This document shows, piece by piece, positions 30,733 to 46,639 of a DNA stretch of 64,000 nt. The position numbers were made by a program, and so were the translations under genes. This DNA comes from Octopus vulgaris (taxonomy: Eukaryota): the NCBI GenBank assembly GCA_951406725.2, contig CATOCA020000008.1, positions 1 to 64,000 of the forward strand, written 5' to 3'. The notes beneath the pieces are model-generated. The model ran no database searches. It was not told the origin of the DNA and saw only the letters and a list, made by a program, of their open reading frames with translations. How positions within the stretch are numbered: position 1 is the stretch's first letter; each line of letters starts with the position of its first letter.

Positions 30733-32517
30733 TGATTGATTGATTGATTGATTCTAGTTTCAGCTTATGAGCTGTGGCCATGCTGGGGCACCGCCATTTG
30801 GTGTTGCTACTTGGTTTCACTTCATGGAGGCTTTCTAGCAACTGCTATTTGGTGCATGAGAGAGTTCGATGCAGCTGCCCTCATCTGCCCCTCCTGCCGT
30901 GAAGTTGGTTCATCTGGGACACCTGACAGGAAGAGATCCAGCTTCATTTTAAAGACATCTGTATCCACCCCATGCAGGTCTCTCAGGTTCTTCGGGAAGA
31001 AATTGAAGAGCTGTGGGCCTCGGAAGCCCAGGCTATCACAGAATCTTGTCCTACATCTTGATGGCAGGTTTGGAGTCCTAGGCACCATGCAGTGGCGCCC
31101 AGTTCTGGCATTTGCGTAACTCTCGATGCCAAAGTTCAGGACACTTCCCTCCAGGATCTTCCAGATGTATATTATGGCATATCTTTCCCGCCTACGCTCC
31201 AGGGAATATAATTTTAATCTCTTGAGTCTTTCCCAGTAGCTTACATTCTGCATAGAGGCTATCTTCTTCGTGTAGCTTCGTTGGATCGCCTCAAGTTTTG
31301 TGATCAACTTGACACTGGATGGTGACCATAACTGAGAGCAATAGTCAAAGTGGCTTAGGACAAGTGTCTTCCAGAGGACCATCATGGTTTCTTGTTCTCT
31401 TGTTCTAAAGGTTCTAAGAATCCATCCAGCCAGCCGTCTACATTTCATTGTCAGTTTAGCAACATGTACATGAAAGGTCGCGTCATCACTCATGTGAATA
31501 CCCAGGTCACGCACTGATTGTGCCTCTGGGATTGCAATCCCTCCGGGTCCAGTGTATTCATTGGGTATTGCATTCAGTTTTGCATGCTGATAGTATAAAG
31601 CTTGAAACTTTCCAGCATTGAACTGCATGCTATTCTTTTCAGCCCACTTGTATATTTCGTCCAGCTCACATTGCAGGTGTTTAGTGTCCTCAGGGTTCTG
31701 TATTGCCTGTGAAACTTTTGTATCATCTGCATAACTTGTGATCGTGGATCTCTGCGTGGTTGAGGGCATGTCTGAGAGGGCCATTATGAACAGTAGTGGT
31801 CCCAAAACAGTGCCCTGTGGAACACCGCTCACTATTTGCGTGCTAATGGAAGTGGCCCCATTGGCTACTACCACCTGACTTCTATTCTTCAGAAAGTCGT
31901 GAAGCCATTCTCCTAGTTTTCCAACTATGCCAAGATCACGCAGTTTGTGACATATCATTCCATGATCGACTTTATCGAAGGCCTTTGCGAAGTCGAGATA
32001 TATGACTTCCACATTTGAGTGGTTGAGCAGTTGTTTCAGCACCCAGTCATAGTGCTGCAGGAGCTGAGTTAAGCAGCTTCTTCCTGGTCGGAAACCATGT
32101 TGGGTGTCAGGCAGCAAGTCATTTTCTTCAAGGAAGGTGATTAGTTTCCTTCTGACTATTCGTTCCATGACCTTGCTGATGTGTGAGGTCAGAGAGATAG
32201 GTCTGTAGTTCTTGGCTTCCGCTCTGCTATCTCCTTTATGAATAGGGCATATTTTACCTTCCTTCAGTCCCCTTGGAAGTTTGCCAGCTGCAAGGAAGCT
32301 CTGAAAGAGGAACTGCAGTGGTCTTGCTAAGACTCTCTTACATACTTTTAGGAGGATTGCCGGGAATCCATCGGGGCCAATAGCTGAGTCTATTTTCATT
32401 TCATCTATAGCCTTTATTACATCGTCTTCCTTTATATCGATGTAATTTATCGTCGCCGCCTCTGATTCTATATCTGCAGTGGTAAAGAAGTCAGTTGGAT
32501 TGCTGATTTGGAAATGC

Positions 32518-32520
<3 letters not shown>
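30733..32520 (-). mobile_element. CR1-group LINE, family A, 5'-truncated; (AATC)n tail
   Basis: Near-identical to 1..1587, 3' hairpin at 30757..30795, TA on both sides. Confidence 0.96.
30822..32399 (-). CDS. LINE reverse transcriptase (family A), uninterrupted RT domain
   Basis: 525-aa ORF with [26 protein letters not shown]. Confidence 0.9.
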   Translation of the reverse strand: MKIDSAIGPDGFPAILLKVCKRVLARPLQFLFQSFLAAGKLPRGLKEGKICPIHKGDSRAEAKNYRPISLTSHISKVMERIVRRKLITFLEENDLLPDTQHGFRPGRSCLTQLLQHYDWVLKQLLNHSNVEVIYLDFAKAFDKVDHGMICHKLRDLGIVGKLGEWLHDFLKNRSQVVVANGATSISTQIVSGVPQGTVLGPLLFIMALSDMPSTTQRSTITSYADDTKVSQAIQNPEDTKHLQCELDEIYKWAEKNSMQFNAGKFQALYYQHAKLNAIPNEYTGPGGIAIPEAQSVRDLGIHMSDDATFHVHVAKLTMKCRRLAGWILRTFRTREQETMMVLWKTLVLSHFDYCSQLWSPSSVKLITKLEAIQRSYTKKIASMQNVSYWERLKRLKLYSLERRRERYAIIYIWKILEGSVLNFGIESYANARTGRHCMVPRTPNLPSRCRTRFCDSLGFRGPQLFNFFPKNLRDLHGVDTDVFKMKLDLFLSGVPDEPTSRQEGQMRAAASNSLMHQIAVARKPP

Positions 32521-33138
<618 letters not shown>

Positions 33139-35072
33139 CTCTTTTACTCTTTTACTCTTTTACTTGTTTCAGCCATCCGGCTGAGGCCATGCTGGGGCAC
33201 CGCCCTTGTTGCTACCCTCTCTAAGTCCAGTTTGCCGTGGCTGGCCACTGATCTAAGAGAGAGTTTGTAGCTGCTGCCCTTAGGTTACCTTCGTACCTTG
33301 CAGTGGGTTCATCTGGGATCCCGGAAAGCAGCTTGTCTAGATGTTTTTTGAAAATGTCCACATCCGCATCATGTAGATCTCTTAGTTTTCTTGGCAGTTT
33401 GTTGAAAAGCTGAGGGCCCCTGAACCCCAGGCTATTACAGTATCTGCTCCTTACCCTGGATGTGGAAGACGGGACCTTTGGCACCACACAGTGACGTCCT
33501 GTACGGGGATTGGAACAGCTCTCAATTCCAAAATTTGGTGCTAGTCCCTCCAGGATTTTCCATATGTATATCACTGCATATCTCTCTCGTCTTCGTTCCA
33601 AGGAGTACAAATTGAGTTCCCTAAGCCTCTCCCAATAGTTCTTTTCTTTCATGGTGGAAATCCTCTTGGTGAAATGTCTTTGGATTGTCTCAAGCTCTGT
33701 GGTTAGTTTGACACTATGCGGTGACCACAGTTGGGAGCAGTAGTCCAGGCGGCTTAGGACAAATGTCCTCCATAGTGTCAACATGGTCTCGCAGTCTCTT
33801 GTCCGGAATGTCCTCAGGATCCAGCCAGTGAGTCGTCTGCACATTGTCGCCACCTTCGCGATGTGTGAAGAAAAAGATGCATCGTCACTCATGTCTATCC
33901 CCAGGTCCCGTATTGATTTCGATACTGGGATTTCGATCCCTCCTGGACCAGTATAGTTGTGTTGTAATGTATATGTGTTTACAGCTTGATATTGTAAGGC
34001 TTGAAATTTACCAGCATTAAATTGCATGTTGTTGTCTTCAGCCCATTTGTATATGGCATCCAGATCTTGTTGTAAAAGGTCAGCATCAGCTGGGTTTTTG
34101 ATTGCCTGTGCTACCTTTGTGTCATCAGCATAGCTAGTGAGGGATGTTGTTTGTGCTACCAAGGGCATGTCAGAGAGCGCCACCAAAAACAGCAAGGGTC
34201 CCAAGACTGTGCCCTGTGGCACCCCGCTTGCTATTGGTGTCTTTCTCGAGAGGGCTCCATTGGCTGCAACCATCTGGCTTCTGTCCTTCAGGAAGTCATG
34301 TATCCACTCACCTACTTTTCCTGTTATGCCGAGTCTGAGTAATTTGTGACATATCACTCCGTGGTCGACTTTGTCAAAGGCCTTCGCAAAGTCGAGATAT
34401 ACCACATCCACCTGTGAGCGATCCAGTAGTTGTTTCAGTACCCAGTCGTAGTGTTGTAACAGCTGCGTAAGGCAGCTTCTTCCTGGGCGAAAGCCATGCT
34501 GTGTGTCAGTGAGACGGTTAGTTTCTTCGAGGAACGTGATCAGTTTTTTTCTGATGATTCGTTCCATGACCTTACTTATGTGTGACGTCAGGGAGACTGG
34601 CCTGTAGTTTTTGGCCTCTGCTCTACTCCCTCCTTTGTGGATAGGGCATATGGTGCCTTCTTTTAGCGCCCTGGGCAGTTTACCGTTAGCCAAGAAACCA
34701 CTGAAGAGCTTCTTCAGTGGTCCCGCTAGGGCATGCCTGCATGTTTTTAGGAGGACTGCTGGGAATCCATCTGGTCTAGCAGCTGAGTTTATTCTCATTT
34801 CTTCTATGGCAGATATTACATCCCTCTCTGTTATGTCTATGTGGTCGATGGTTGTTGTTTGGTTTTGGAGTGTTGTGGCATCAAAGAAAACTTCTGGGTT
34901 TGTGATTTACATGTGCCCCAGAGGGGATGTGAACACACTTTTATACTGTTCCTTTAGTATTTCACTTATCCCTTGGGGGTCCTCAGTTAGAGAGCCCTTT
35001 TTATCAAAGAGTGGGCCAATCTTGCAGTGTACCGAGGTGGTTTCTTTCGCAAATGTAAAGAAGGCTTTAGGG
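33139..35072 (-). mobile_element. CR1-group LINE, family B, 5'-truncated
   Basis: Almost identical to 5721..7646; tail is one TAAAAGAG unit longer. Confidence 0.96.
33221..34798 (-). CDS. LINE reverse transcriptase (family B), uninterrupted RT domain
   Basis: 525-aa ORF differing from the 5795..8503 protein at only a few residues. Confidence 0.9.
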   Translation of the reverse strand: MRINSAARPDGFPAVLLKTCRHALAGPLKKLFSGFLANGKLPRALKEGTICPIHKGGSRAEAKNYRPVSLTSHISKVMERIIRKKLITFLEETNRLTDTQHGFRPGRSCLTQLLQHYDWVLKQLLDRSQVDVVYLDFAKAFDKVDHGVICHKLLRLGITGKVGEWIHDFLKDRSQMVAANGALSRKTPIASGVPQGTVLGPLLFLVALSDMPLVAQTTSLTSYADDTKVAQAIKNPADADLLQQDLDAIYKWAEDNNMQFNAGKFQALQYQAVNTYTLQHNYTGPGGIEIPVSKSIRDLGIDMSDDASFSSHIAKVATMCRRLTGWILRTFRTRDCETMLTLWRTFVLSRLDYCSQLWSPHSVKLTTELETIQRHFTKRISTMKEKNYWERLRELNLYSLERRRERYAVIYIWKILEGLAPNFGIESCSNPRTGRHCVVPKVPSSTSRVRSRYCNSLGFRGPQLFNKLPRKLRDLHDADVDIFKKHLDKLLSGIPDEPTARYEGNLRAAATNSLLDQWPATANWT

Positions 35073-36171
<1,099 letters not shown>

Positions 36172-36186
36172 TTATTATATAGAAGG

Positions 36187-36237
36187 AGCTTCTACAGGAC
36201 TAGTACTGTTTCATTCAAGAGAAATCTTCAGGAAGCT
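36187..36237 (-). ncRNA. Minimal type I hammerhead ribozyme
   Basis: AGCUUC-CUGAAGA-UUUC UCUU GAAU-GAAAC AG UACUAGUC CU GUA-GAAGCU. Confidence 0.85.
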
Positions 36238-36643
36238 ATTTAACAAGAATTGTATTAGCATTTATACATTTAGGCAGGTTTAAAGGAGTGGTGGTGGGGG
36301 ACTTTTTGGGGGTAGGCATAGCGCAAAATATCATACTTGGGGGAGTGGTCAAGGAGTCAGTGGTAAGTTAGATGAAAGAATAGATAAATAAAAAAATAAC
36401 CCCCCCTACAACCCCCCCCCTACAACCCCCCCTACAACCCCCCCAACCCCACTGTTCCCCTAGCACCCCCGATTACCTTTTCTCCTAAGACCTTTCACAT
36501 ATTATATGTGCACGCTTGTATATGTGTATCGTATGTATGTATGTATATATGTATAGAAATGCATGGGTACAGTAGGAATATACGCATGATTTATGTGTGT
36601 GTGTGTGTATGTATGCATGTAAAAATATATATGTATATATATT

Positions 36644-36688
<45 letters not shown>

Positions 36689-37057
36689 GCTTGTATGTGT
36701 GTGTGTGTGTATATGTGTATATGTGTTTGTATGTATATGTGTATATATGTATATGCATATGTATGTGTAAATGTATGTGCTTATGTATGTGTATGTATGT
36801 ATAAAATATTATATAATTAGGGCTTAGGAAAATAAAATAAATTACTTTGCCACATACTAAACTTTCTAGAAATAGCAGCCAATAAAGTTTTTTAGCCTCT
36901 TCCACTACTTAGAGAATTGTTTTCCCTCTAACATTGTTTACTCAAAATAATAATGGTCCCTTTACATACTGAACACTTGATGAAATTGATTAATAACTAA
37001 TTAACTTTACCCTCCCTTGTTGATATATATATACATATGTATATGTGTACATGTATG

Positions 37058-37090
<33 letters not shown>

Positions 37091-37352
37091 ATGTGTGTAT
37101 GTATGTATTTGTATATGTGTGTGTGTATATGTATGTGTGCGCGTGTGTGTGTATGTATGTGTATGTATACTTGTATATGTATATGCATGAATGTATATAT
37201 ATGTGTGTGTATATGTGTATTATGTATGTATTTATATAGATATGTAGTTTATATATATATATGTATGTATATGCATCTGTCTGTGTGTGTGTATGTGTAT
37301 ATATGTGTATCATTTTTGCGTATGTATACATGTATATGTGTATATGTATGTG

Positions 37353-37385
<33 letters not shown>

Positions 37386-38230
37386 GTGTATATATATGTA
37401 TATATATATGTATGCATACGTATGTGTATGTACATGTATATATGTATGTGTGTATATGTATATATGTTTATATATGTGAGTATGTAGTGATATAAGTATA
37501 TGCATGTGTATGTATGGGTATGTGTATCAGTGTATATGTATATATGTATGTGTGTGTGTGTATGTATATGTATGTATATGTGTATATATGTATGTGTATA
37601 TGTGTATGTATATATATATATATATGTGTATATGTGTGTATGTATGTGTATGTGTATGTATGTGTATATATGTCTATATATGTATATATATATGTATATA
37701 TATATATATGTGTATATATATATATATATGAGTGCGTGTGTGTATGTATGCATATATGTATGTATGCATGTATATGTGTATGTATATATATGTGTGTAAG
37801 TGTGTGCATATATGTATTTGTAAGTATGTGTGCGCGTATGAGTATGTATGTATGCTTGCACACGTGTATATATATGTGTGTGTGTGTATAAATATGGATG
37901 CGCGTGCGTGTGTGCACGTGTATGGGTACGCATGTATATGTGTATGTGCGTGTATGCGTATACGTGTATGTATGTATGTGTGTGCGTAGATTTGTATATG
38001 TATGTGTGAGTGTGTATATATATATATATATATATATACATATATATAGATGGGTGTGTGTATGCGTATAAATGCATGTAAGTATGGATGTATGGTTGTA
38101 TGTATGTATGTATACGTATGTATGTGTGTATGTGTGTATGTATATATATATGTGTGTATATATGTTTGTGTATGTATATATATGTGTATGTATGTGTGTG
38201 TATATGTATGTGTGTATGTGTATGTATGTG

Positions 38231-38278
<48 letters not shown>

Positions 38279-39171
38279 TATGTATCTGTATGTAGGAGTA
38301 TATATGTGTGTGTGTGTATGTATATGCGGGTATATATATATATATGTATATTTATTGGTGTATATGTATAGACTAGCCTCCTAAAGTGTAGACACGAATC
38401 TGTAGGTACGAGTACGTATGTGTATATACGTGAACGTATGTAGATGTTTGTATGTATGAACATAACGCGTGCGTACGTGTATGTGTATGAGTGTACGAAT
38501 GGGTGAATGTACGTGCTAATGAGTGTGCGTGCGGGAATGAGTACTTGCCTTCTAGTAGACAGACAAATGGACATGCAGCCACTGCCAGGATTCTTAGCCC
38601 TAGCGATCAAAGATAACAAAAGTAATAAATGAAGATAATAATAAAATTAAAATTAGGGAATGGGCCTGTATTGGATTGTATATATATATGTATGTATATG
38701 TATATTTGTATGTATGTATGTGTGTATGTGTAGGTATGTATAGGTACACATGTGTATGTGTATGTGTATGTATATATGTGTGTATGTATGTATGTGCACA
38801 CATGTATATATATGTATGCGTGTATATGTTTATATATATATATGTGTACATAGGTGTATGTGGGTGTATGTATATATAGGTGTAAATATGTGTATATAGG
38901 GAACTAGGTGTGTTGTGTGTGCATGAGTGTATGTGCGTATGAATATATATTTTTATGTGTATATATGTATGTGTGGTCGTGGGTATATATATATATATAT
39001 ATATACATGTGTGTATGCGTGCATGCATGGGAGTGAGTGTATGCATATATACGTGTGTGTATGTGTAGACAGGTATAGGCATGTGCATGTGTATAAATTT
39101 GTATATGTGGGCGGGTGTATGTATGTGTGTATGTAGATATGTATGTATGTGTGTACATATGTATATGTATA

Positions 39172-39216
<45 letters not shown>

Positions 39217-39613
39217 ATATATATGTGTATGTATGTATGTGTGTGTAGATACGTATACATGTGTGTATAGGTATAAGTGAGAATCTCCTTATTTACCTAT
39301 AACTCTATCCCCCTTTTTTTATATATATATATTTTTTTATATATATATTTTATATATATATTTTTTTATATATATTTTATATATTTTTTATATTTTTTAT
39401 TTTTTTATTTTTTTATTTTATATTTTTTTATATATTTTTATTTTTTATTTTTTTATTTTTTTATTTATCTATTCTTTCATCTAACTTACCACTGACTCCT
39501 TGACCACTCCCCCAAGTATGATATTTTGCGCTATGCCTACCCCCAAAAGTCCCCCACCACCACTCCTTTAAACCTGCCTAAATGTATAAATGCTAATACA
39601 ATTCTTGTTAAAT

Positions 39614-39664
39614 AGCTTCCTGAAGATTTCTCTTGAATGAAACAGTACTAGTCCTGTAGAAGCT
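39614..39664 (+). ncRNA. Minimal type I hammerhead ribozyme
   Basis: Same sequence as 36187..36237; GUA cleavage triplet at 39656..39658. Confidence 0.85.
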
Positions 39665-39750
39665 CCTTCTATATAATAAATTAATTTTACTCTGCTATGT
39701 ATTGAGTACCTTACTTACTGTGGTTAACCCCGAATCAACCCGGGACCTAC

Positions 39751-40615
<865 letters not shown>

Positions 40616-40619
40616 GATG

Positions 40620-40860
40620 GACTCACCTGTCGTTAGGTGACGTATGAGGGTTCGGGTATTTCTTATCGAACAACCGCACAAATGATTTGTTCATAGTGAT
40701 CAACTGTTTTTGAAGACATATGCTCACTGCCTCTATTAGATCGACATGTCAGATGATAAAATGATCGTAGAGCAACGTGAAATGAAGTGCTCAACGCAAC
40801 GTCCGGTCTGGGAATCGGACCCACGATCTTACACCTTAACCACTAAGCCATGCACCTTCA
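40620..40860 (-). mobile_element. Degraded tRNA-derived SINE
   Basis: Minus-strand head TGGCTTAGTGGTTAAGG..GTCCGATTCCC. Confidence 0.6.
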
Positions 40861-41265
40861 CATATATTTATTTCAAATATAATGCTTATTTGTTCACTCA
40901 TTGTTTTAAATTAGTTTTAAATACAAGGGGCTAAACTTAGAGGGGACAAAGAAGGATAAACTACGGGTTTAAATCGATTACATTGACTCCAGTGCGGAAC
41001 TGGTACTTATTTAAACGATCCTGAAAGGATGAAAGGCCAAGTCGACCTCGGCGGAATTTGAACTCAGAACGTAACGGCAGACGAAATAAAGACGAAAACG
41101 GTTTTGCCAGCTCACCGCCTCTGCCTTCACATATATTAACAGGCTTCGGGTGCAAGGCAAAGAAAAAAAAGCAGGTGCAAATACATCACCTGTACTCACC
41201 TGTAATCCACATTCTTGCAACATCTGTGGCCTCCTTTGCATATACATATACATACATATATATAT

Positions 41266-41322
<57 letters not shown>

Positions 41323-41415
41323 ATAAATCCTTAAAAACCGAGGAACACAAAAAACAACGCGAGGACGTGGTACACGTAAAGTATTAGCAGACGCTCAGGG
41401 AAGGAAAGAAAGATG

Positions 41416-41450
41416 GTTTAACGTTTCAAGCAAAGCTTTTCTTCAGAAAC
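41416..41450 (-). ncRNA. Ultra-minimal hammerhead motif
   Basis: GUUU-CUGAAGA-A-AAGC UUU GCUU-GAAAC GUU-AAAC; ACGU palindrome replaces stem III. Confidence 0.7.
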
Positions 41451-41562
41451 AGGAAAGTCCAATAGAAAAGGAAGACGGAGAAAAAAAAACGCCAACGATT
41501 CACATGTGGTTATATATCTATAGGGAGAATTTACGAAAAAACAAAAGACGAAGACACGTGGT

Positions 41563-42266
41563 GTACCCACAAACCCCAACCCCCAGCCGAACCCACACCC
41601 CACCCGTGCTTTCCCCACTCTCGCCTCCCCACCTCCCAACAACATCACACCACACCATATTACACCATACATTACACATCCATCACAACACACCACACAC
41701 CTATCCCCACATCTTCACACCTACACATACATACACGCACACGTCCAGACCACCAGCCCTCTTTCACACGCACATACATACTCTCTTATACACACACAGA
41801 TGTATTAGTATAACACTCAAGAACAGAAAAAGTCTTTTACGTTTCGAGCCTACGCTCTTCTACAGAAAGGGACACAGAAAAAACAAGGAGAGAAAAAAAT
41901 GTGTGTAGTGGCTAACTATCTATCATGGCGACTAGTGCCGGACAGACGGGTCAAACACGAGGAGGAAAGTAGGGGAGATAACAAGGTAAAGATGACCTCC
42001 AACACAAAGGTACCCCCCAACACAAAGGGGCGTGTGTGTATGAGAGATTATGTATGTGCGTGTGAGAGGGGGCTGGTGGTCTGGACGTGTGCGTGTATGT
42101 GTAGGTGGGAAGATGTGGGGATGGGTGTGTGGTTGGTGTGATGTGATGTGTAATGTTGTATGGTGTAGTGTGGTGTGGTGTGATGTTGTTGGGAGGTGGG
42201 AGAGGCGAGAGTGGGGAAAGCACGGGTGGGGTGTGGGTTCGGCTGGGGGGTTGGGGTTTGTGGGTA
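41563..42266. repeat. Inverted repeat (~235-bp arms at 41563..41798 and 42032..42266)
   Basis: ACCCACAAACCCCAACC..CACGTCCAGACCACCAGCCC versus GGGCTGGTGGTCTGGACGTG..GGTTGGGGTTTGTGGGT. Confidence 0.92.
41834..41869 (-). ncRNA. Hammerhead-like motif with CUGUAGA core variant
   Basis: CUUU-CUGUAGA-A-GAGC GUAG GCUC-GAAAC GUA-AAAG. Confidence 0.55.
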
Positions 42267-42529
42267 GGCAGAGGGTGGGGTATGTGGGGGATAGGATGGG
42301 GGATGGGAAGGTGGAGTAGGGATGGGTGGGTTTTCTATCTATTTACTCTATATTTTTACCTTAAGTTTTTCACATGATAAATGTATTATAGGTACCTGGT
42401 CCTACAGTTTTAAGTTTCAAATTTAGTTAATGGACTTTCTTCTATAAGAACAATCATGATTTTGTATCTTCAAGAAATATTGTTTAATTCTATTTGATTA
42501 TTTATTTAACTATTATTGTTATTATTGTT

Positions 42530-42631
42530 GACCTGAGGAGTGACTTTACTTTTAAATTGAATTGTTTTTCGATTAAATAAAAAATTAATTGTAATTCGAA
42601 TTTAAATTATAGCCATGAAACGTACGTAGTC
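42530..42631 (+). ncRNA. Type I hammerhead with long AU-rich loop II, inside a pLTR-like unit (~42350..42857)
   Basis: GAC-CUGAGGA-GUGACU...AGCCAU-GAAAC GUAC GUA-GUC; downstream 42720..42857 matches the reverse complement of 49660..49795. Confidence 0.72.
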
Positions 42632-42855
42632 TTTTTACTTATTATATATTGTTTATTCATTTTTGTACTCTTTGTGATCTAGTTATATGTTTCAAAATAT
42701 ATTTTACTTTTTATTTCTGATTTGGTTTATGTCTATCATTGTTTGAATTGCATAATAGTGGTTTTTCTCTAATTTATATATATTATATATTTATATTGTG
42801 AAATTTGATTTAATACTAAATTGAATTTTTTCCTGTAAGTTTGGAGTTATATTCC

Positions 42856-42856
<1 letters not shown>

Positions 42857-42928
<72 letters not shown>

Positions 42929-43552
42929 CATCATCATTATTGAGGGAGAGACCAGTGCATGTCATCAAAGTGACGCTGGGGTAAAATATACGAAGCCCAT
43001 CATGTATACCCATCATGACTAACCGTGAGATAAGGGTACACTAGGCACATGCATCACAGCCATATGTGCGCGACATGGTGATCTCATATCAAGATAAACA
43101 GCACATGACCTTGCAGGTGGGGCCCAGTTAGAATTTTCTTCTGATCGAGTAGCCCACCCCACTCAAAAGGTCCCTGAATAAGGATTGTTTAAGGATGTTG
43201 AACGAACCCCCCATGTTTCCAAAGGGGAATTATCCAAACCTCCAAGAATTCCTTTCAACACACGGCTATGATGCTCCCCCACTACTTCTGCTCGTGGTCA
43301 GAGATGCACATATCGTCAGCCACTAAGGGACATGATCAACTGGTTAAGGTCAAACAGCTGAAAGCAAATCTGTGGTATTGAACAGAATATTTGTTGTAGG
43401 CCATCTTTTATACCAAAACAAAACAATGTACATGATAACACTTCCAAACAATTAAGATCAGAAGCCATGAGAGCTACTGTCTGGTACTGCATCAGGGCAT
43501 TTATAATAATAATAATCATAATTATTATCATGGCTTCTGATCTTAACTAATG

Positions 43553-43583
<31 letters not shown>

Positions 43584-43643
43584 AAATAATAATGATGATG
43601 ATGATGATGATAATATTAATAATAATAATAACAATAATAATAA
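42857..43643. repeat. (TTA)n and (TAA)n arrays enclosing a ~560-bp unclassified insertion (42941..43500)
   Basis: direct reading. Confidence 0.7.
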
Positions 43644-45900
43644 TCAGTAGTTTTATTTTTATAGCGTGCTTTCACTTCACTATCTAGTGTGATGTTGCTA
43701 CTCTTAACTAGTTTTCCACTTTTCAGGGTTACTTTGGCGCATTTTTCTAATCCAAATTTCATATCTATTTCTTTGGTAAATCCATGAACTGTCTTTAGTA
43801 GTGCTTCCAGCTGTTTGTCATTTGTAGCGTATAGTTTTAGGTCATCCATATATAAAAGGTGGCTGATCGTTTTGCCGTAACATTTATATCCGCATCCAGT
43901 TCTATTTAGCATATCAGATAGAGGTGACAGTGCCAAGCAGAAAAGGAGTGGAGAGAGCGTGTCTCCCTGGAATATTCCTCTTCTAATGGGGATGGCCTTG
44001 GTTTTCATGAGTCCTTCTTTTGTTTGGAGCTGTAGCACTGTTTGCCATTTATTCATAGAGTGTCCTATGTATTTTATAATTGTTGGTGCTACTTTGTTAA
44101 TGGTTAGTGTTTCGAGAATCCATGTGTGGGGGATGCTATCAAACGCCTTTCTGTAGTCGATCCAGGCCATACTGAGGCCTTTCTTCTTTCTGTGGCTGTC
44201 TTCAATTATGGCTTTATTGATCATTAGTTGATCTTTACAGCCATATGAACCTTTGCGGCATCCTTTCTGCTCTTCTGGAAACAGGTTGTTTTAGTCCAGG
44301 TGCTTGTTTAATCTTTGTGATATTACTGTAGTGAATAATTTGTGCATTGTAGGTTATAGGTCTGTAGTTTTCTGGTTTTGCTGTCTCATTGGATTTGGGA
44401 ATTGAGATGGTTTTCCCCTTCGTGAGCCATTCAGGTATTGTCTCTGGCTCTGCCAGTATGTTGTTAAAGTTTTCAGCCAGCTTTTTGTGCATTCCTGTCA
44501 GATATTTCAACCAGAAGTTGGGGATCTTGTCATGCCCAGGTGCCTTCCAGTTGCTTAGTCTTTGCAGTGCCTGGGTGACCTCTTCAGTTATGGGTGTCCA
44601 AAGTTGCTCAGATGCTGAGTTTATTGTTTTAATACTCCTTTTTTTGGTTGTTCTTTCGCCGATCATATTTCTTTCCAGAATTCTTCCACTTCTTTTGCCG
44701 TTGGTGCTGCAGTGATGTCTATTTTATTTTTGCCAAGTTCTTGATAGAACTTTTTGGGGTTGGAGTTGAACTGTTTGTTTTGTTCAAAGAAACATTGGCG
44801 TTTCTTATACCGGCGGACCCTTTGTGCTTTGGCAAGGATATCTTGCTTTAGCTTTTCTTTTATCTCGGGTAAATCTTTTTCTGTGATGTTGTATTTGCAT
44901 AGTATTTTTGTAGCGTTGATTGTCTACTGATTTCATTGAGAATCGACAGATCTTTTCTCACTTTTTGTATTTCTTTTATCTCAGGTAAATCTTTTTCTGT
45001 GATGTTATATTTGCGGAGTATTTTTGTTTTCTTTTTGTTGCTCAGTAGCGTTGATTGTCTACTGAATTCATTAAGAATCGACAGATCTTTTCTCATTTTT
45101 TGTATTTTGTTTTTGATGTTATTTATCCACAGGGTTTGTTTGGGTAGTGGTACACCTGTTTGGATGGGTTTGAGGGAGTATCCAGCTTCTTTTGTGGCTG
45201 CAGTGGCTGCTGCATATACTAAGTCATTTAGCTCAGTGATATCGCTATTTGTTTCTGTGACGGCTAGGTTCATGCTGTTTATAATTGATGTTTTTTTGTC
45301 TACTTTGATTTTTGGGTCGGCGGTCCATTTTCAGATCTGTGTTTTTCAGTTCTTTGATAATTCTTCTTTTTATAGTATCATAATCATTAGGCTCCCCTTC
45401 ATTGTTTCCAGGTTTTAGATTTGTGTCGCTTTCTTTCTCATTCATATGTTTGTCGTGTTTTGGCTTGCTGCTTGTCGTGCATTATTATGCATCCTTACGG
45501 TGTGGCTTTATTGTTTTTTGTTTACATCGTTTTTGTTGGAAATGTTACGTTTGTCTTCGTGTTTTACTATCTCAGTGCTTATATTATTTGGCATTGTTGT
45601 GTGGCTTCTATCTACATTTTCCTGATGTATTTTTTCTTTTAAATGTTCTATTTCTATTTCTGATATTTTTTTTTGCGTTGAGAATATATCTTCGTACGTT
45701 AGCTAGTTTATTAGGGTTCATTGCTGTATACAAGTCTTTATTTATGTTATTTTTCTTCCATATTTTATATGTATATGTTGTTGTGTTTTCGTTCTTTGGG
45801 TAGAGCACTGCTGTAAAGTAAACGTGTAGGATTGAAATGTATATCATCCATACTTGCTCATGTTTTGCTTTGATCGCTCTTTGTGTGTTACTAGTTATCT
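43644..45900 (-). mobile_element. R4/Dong-clade LINE, degraded, endonuclease region missing
   Basis: NWKAPGHDKIPNFWLK, NYRPIT, WIDYRKAFDSIPH, GIFQGDTLSPLLF, HLLYMDDLKLY, FGLEKC; adjacent to TAA repeats. Confidence 0.88.
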
Positions 45901-46639
45901 CTCCCTCATCTTGAACCATTTTCTATTGACATCCATACTTCATTCTTAACTCCATCTCTTATCTGTCATTGACCACCAACCAGACTTTTGTTTGTCACTC
46001 TCTTCATTTACCCTCTATGTATCTCAACCATCTCCACCCCATCACAATGTCTCTCACTCTCACCACTACTCTCTGCATCATTCCTATATCACCTCCCTAT
46101 CTTTCATCTATCTCATTGCTATATTATTATTATCATTCTGTTGCTCTTCATCCTTTCTGTACTGAGAGTCATTTCCTCAGCTCCCTTGAGCCACTTCTGT
46201 TGACATCCACCACTTGTTTTTATCACCTTCCTCCAGGCTCATATTTACCAATGAGCATCTCTCCAACCCTGTCCCCAGTAACAACATTCCCCCCCTGCCT
46301 CTATCTTTGGTTGTCTTTCACCATTATCCATACACCCTTCCTGGTCTGTCCCCACTCTCTCTATCCACCTTCTCATACCTTAGGAATATGCTCAAATATC
46401 TTGACAAACATTCGATGTCATTGCCCCGCCCGCCCGCCCGAAACGAAATAGACTTTTCATTTTACGCAGCGTGAATTGCTTATTTTTATACTGTACATCC
46501 GCACACTATCACACACACACACGACTGTATTGTGCTAACAATAAGGGTGTGGTCATTATTTAGCGTGGTGTATTTTACATAATATATATGTATATGAAAT
46601 ACGTACATACAAAATATATGTATTATATATTTATATGTG

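Larger units (their letters stand above)
36172..39750. mobile_element. Non-coding element bounded by ~230-bp inverted repeats, each with a hammerhead (putative non-autonomous Penelope-like element)
   Basis: 36172..36399 is the near-perfect reverse complement of ~39453..39680. Interior is TG/TATG-rich. TA arrays lie on both sides. Confidence 0.78.

Noticed and set aside
41185-41245. Minus-strand CAG|GTGAGT donor-like site
   Set aside because: No clear acceptor or start upstream, and embedded among repeats
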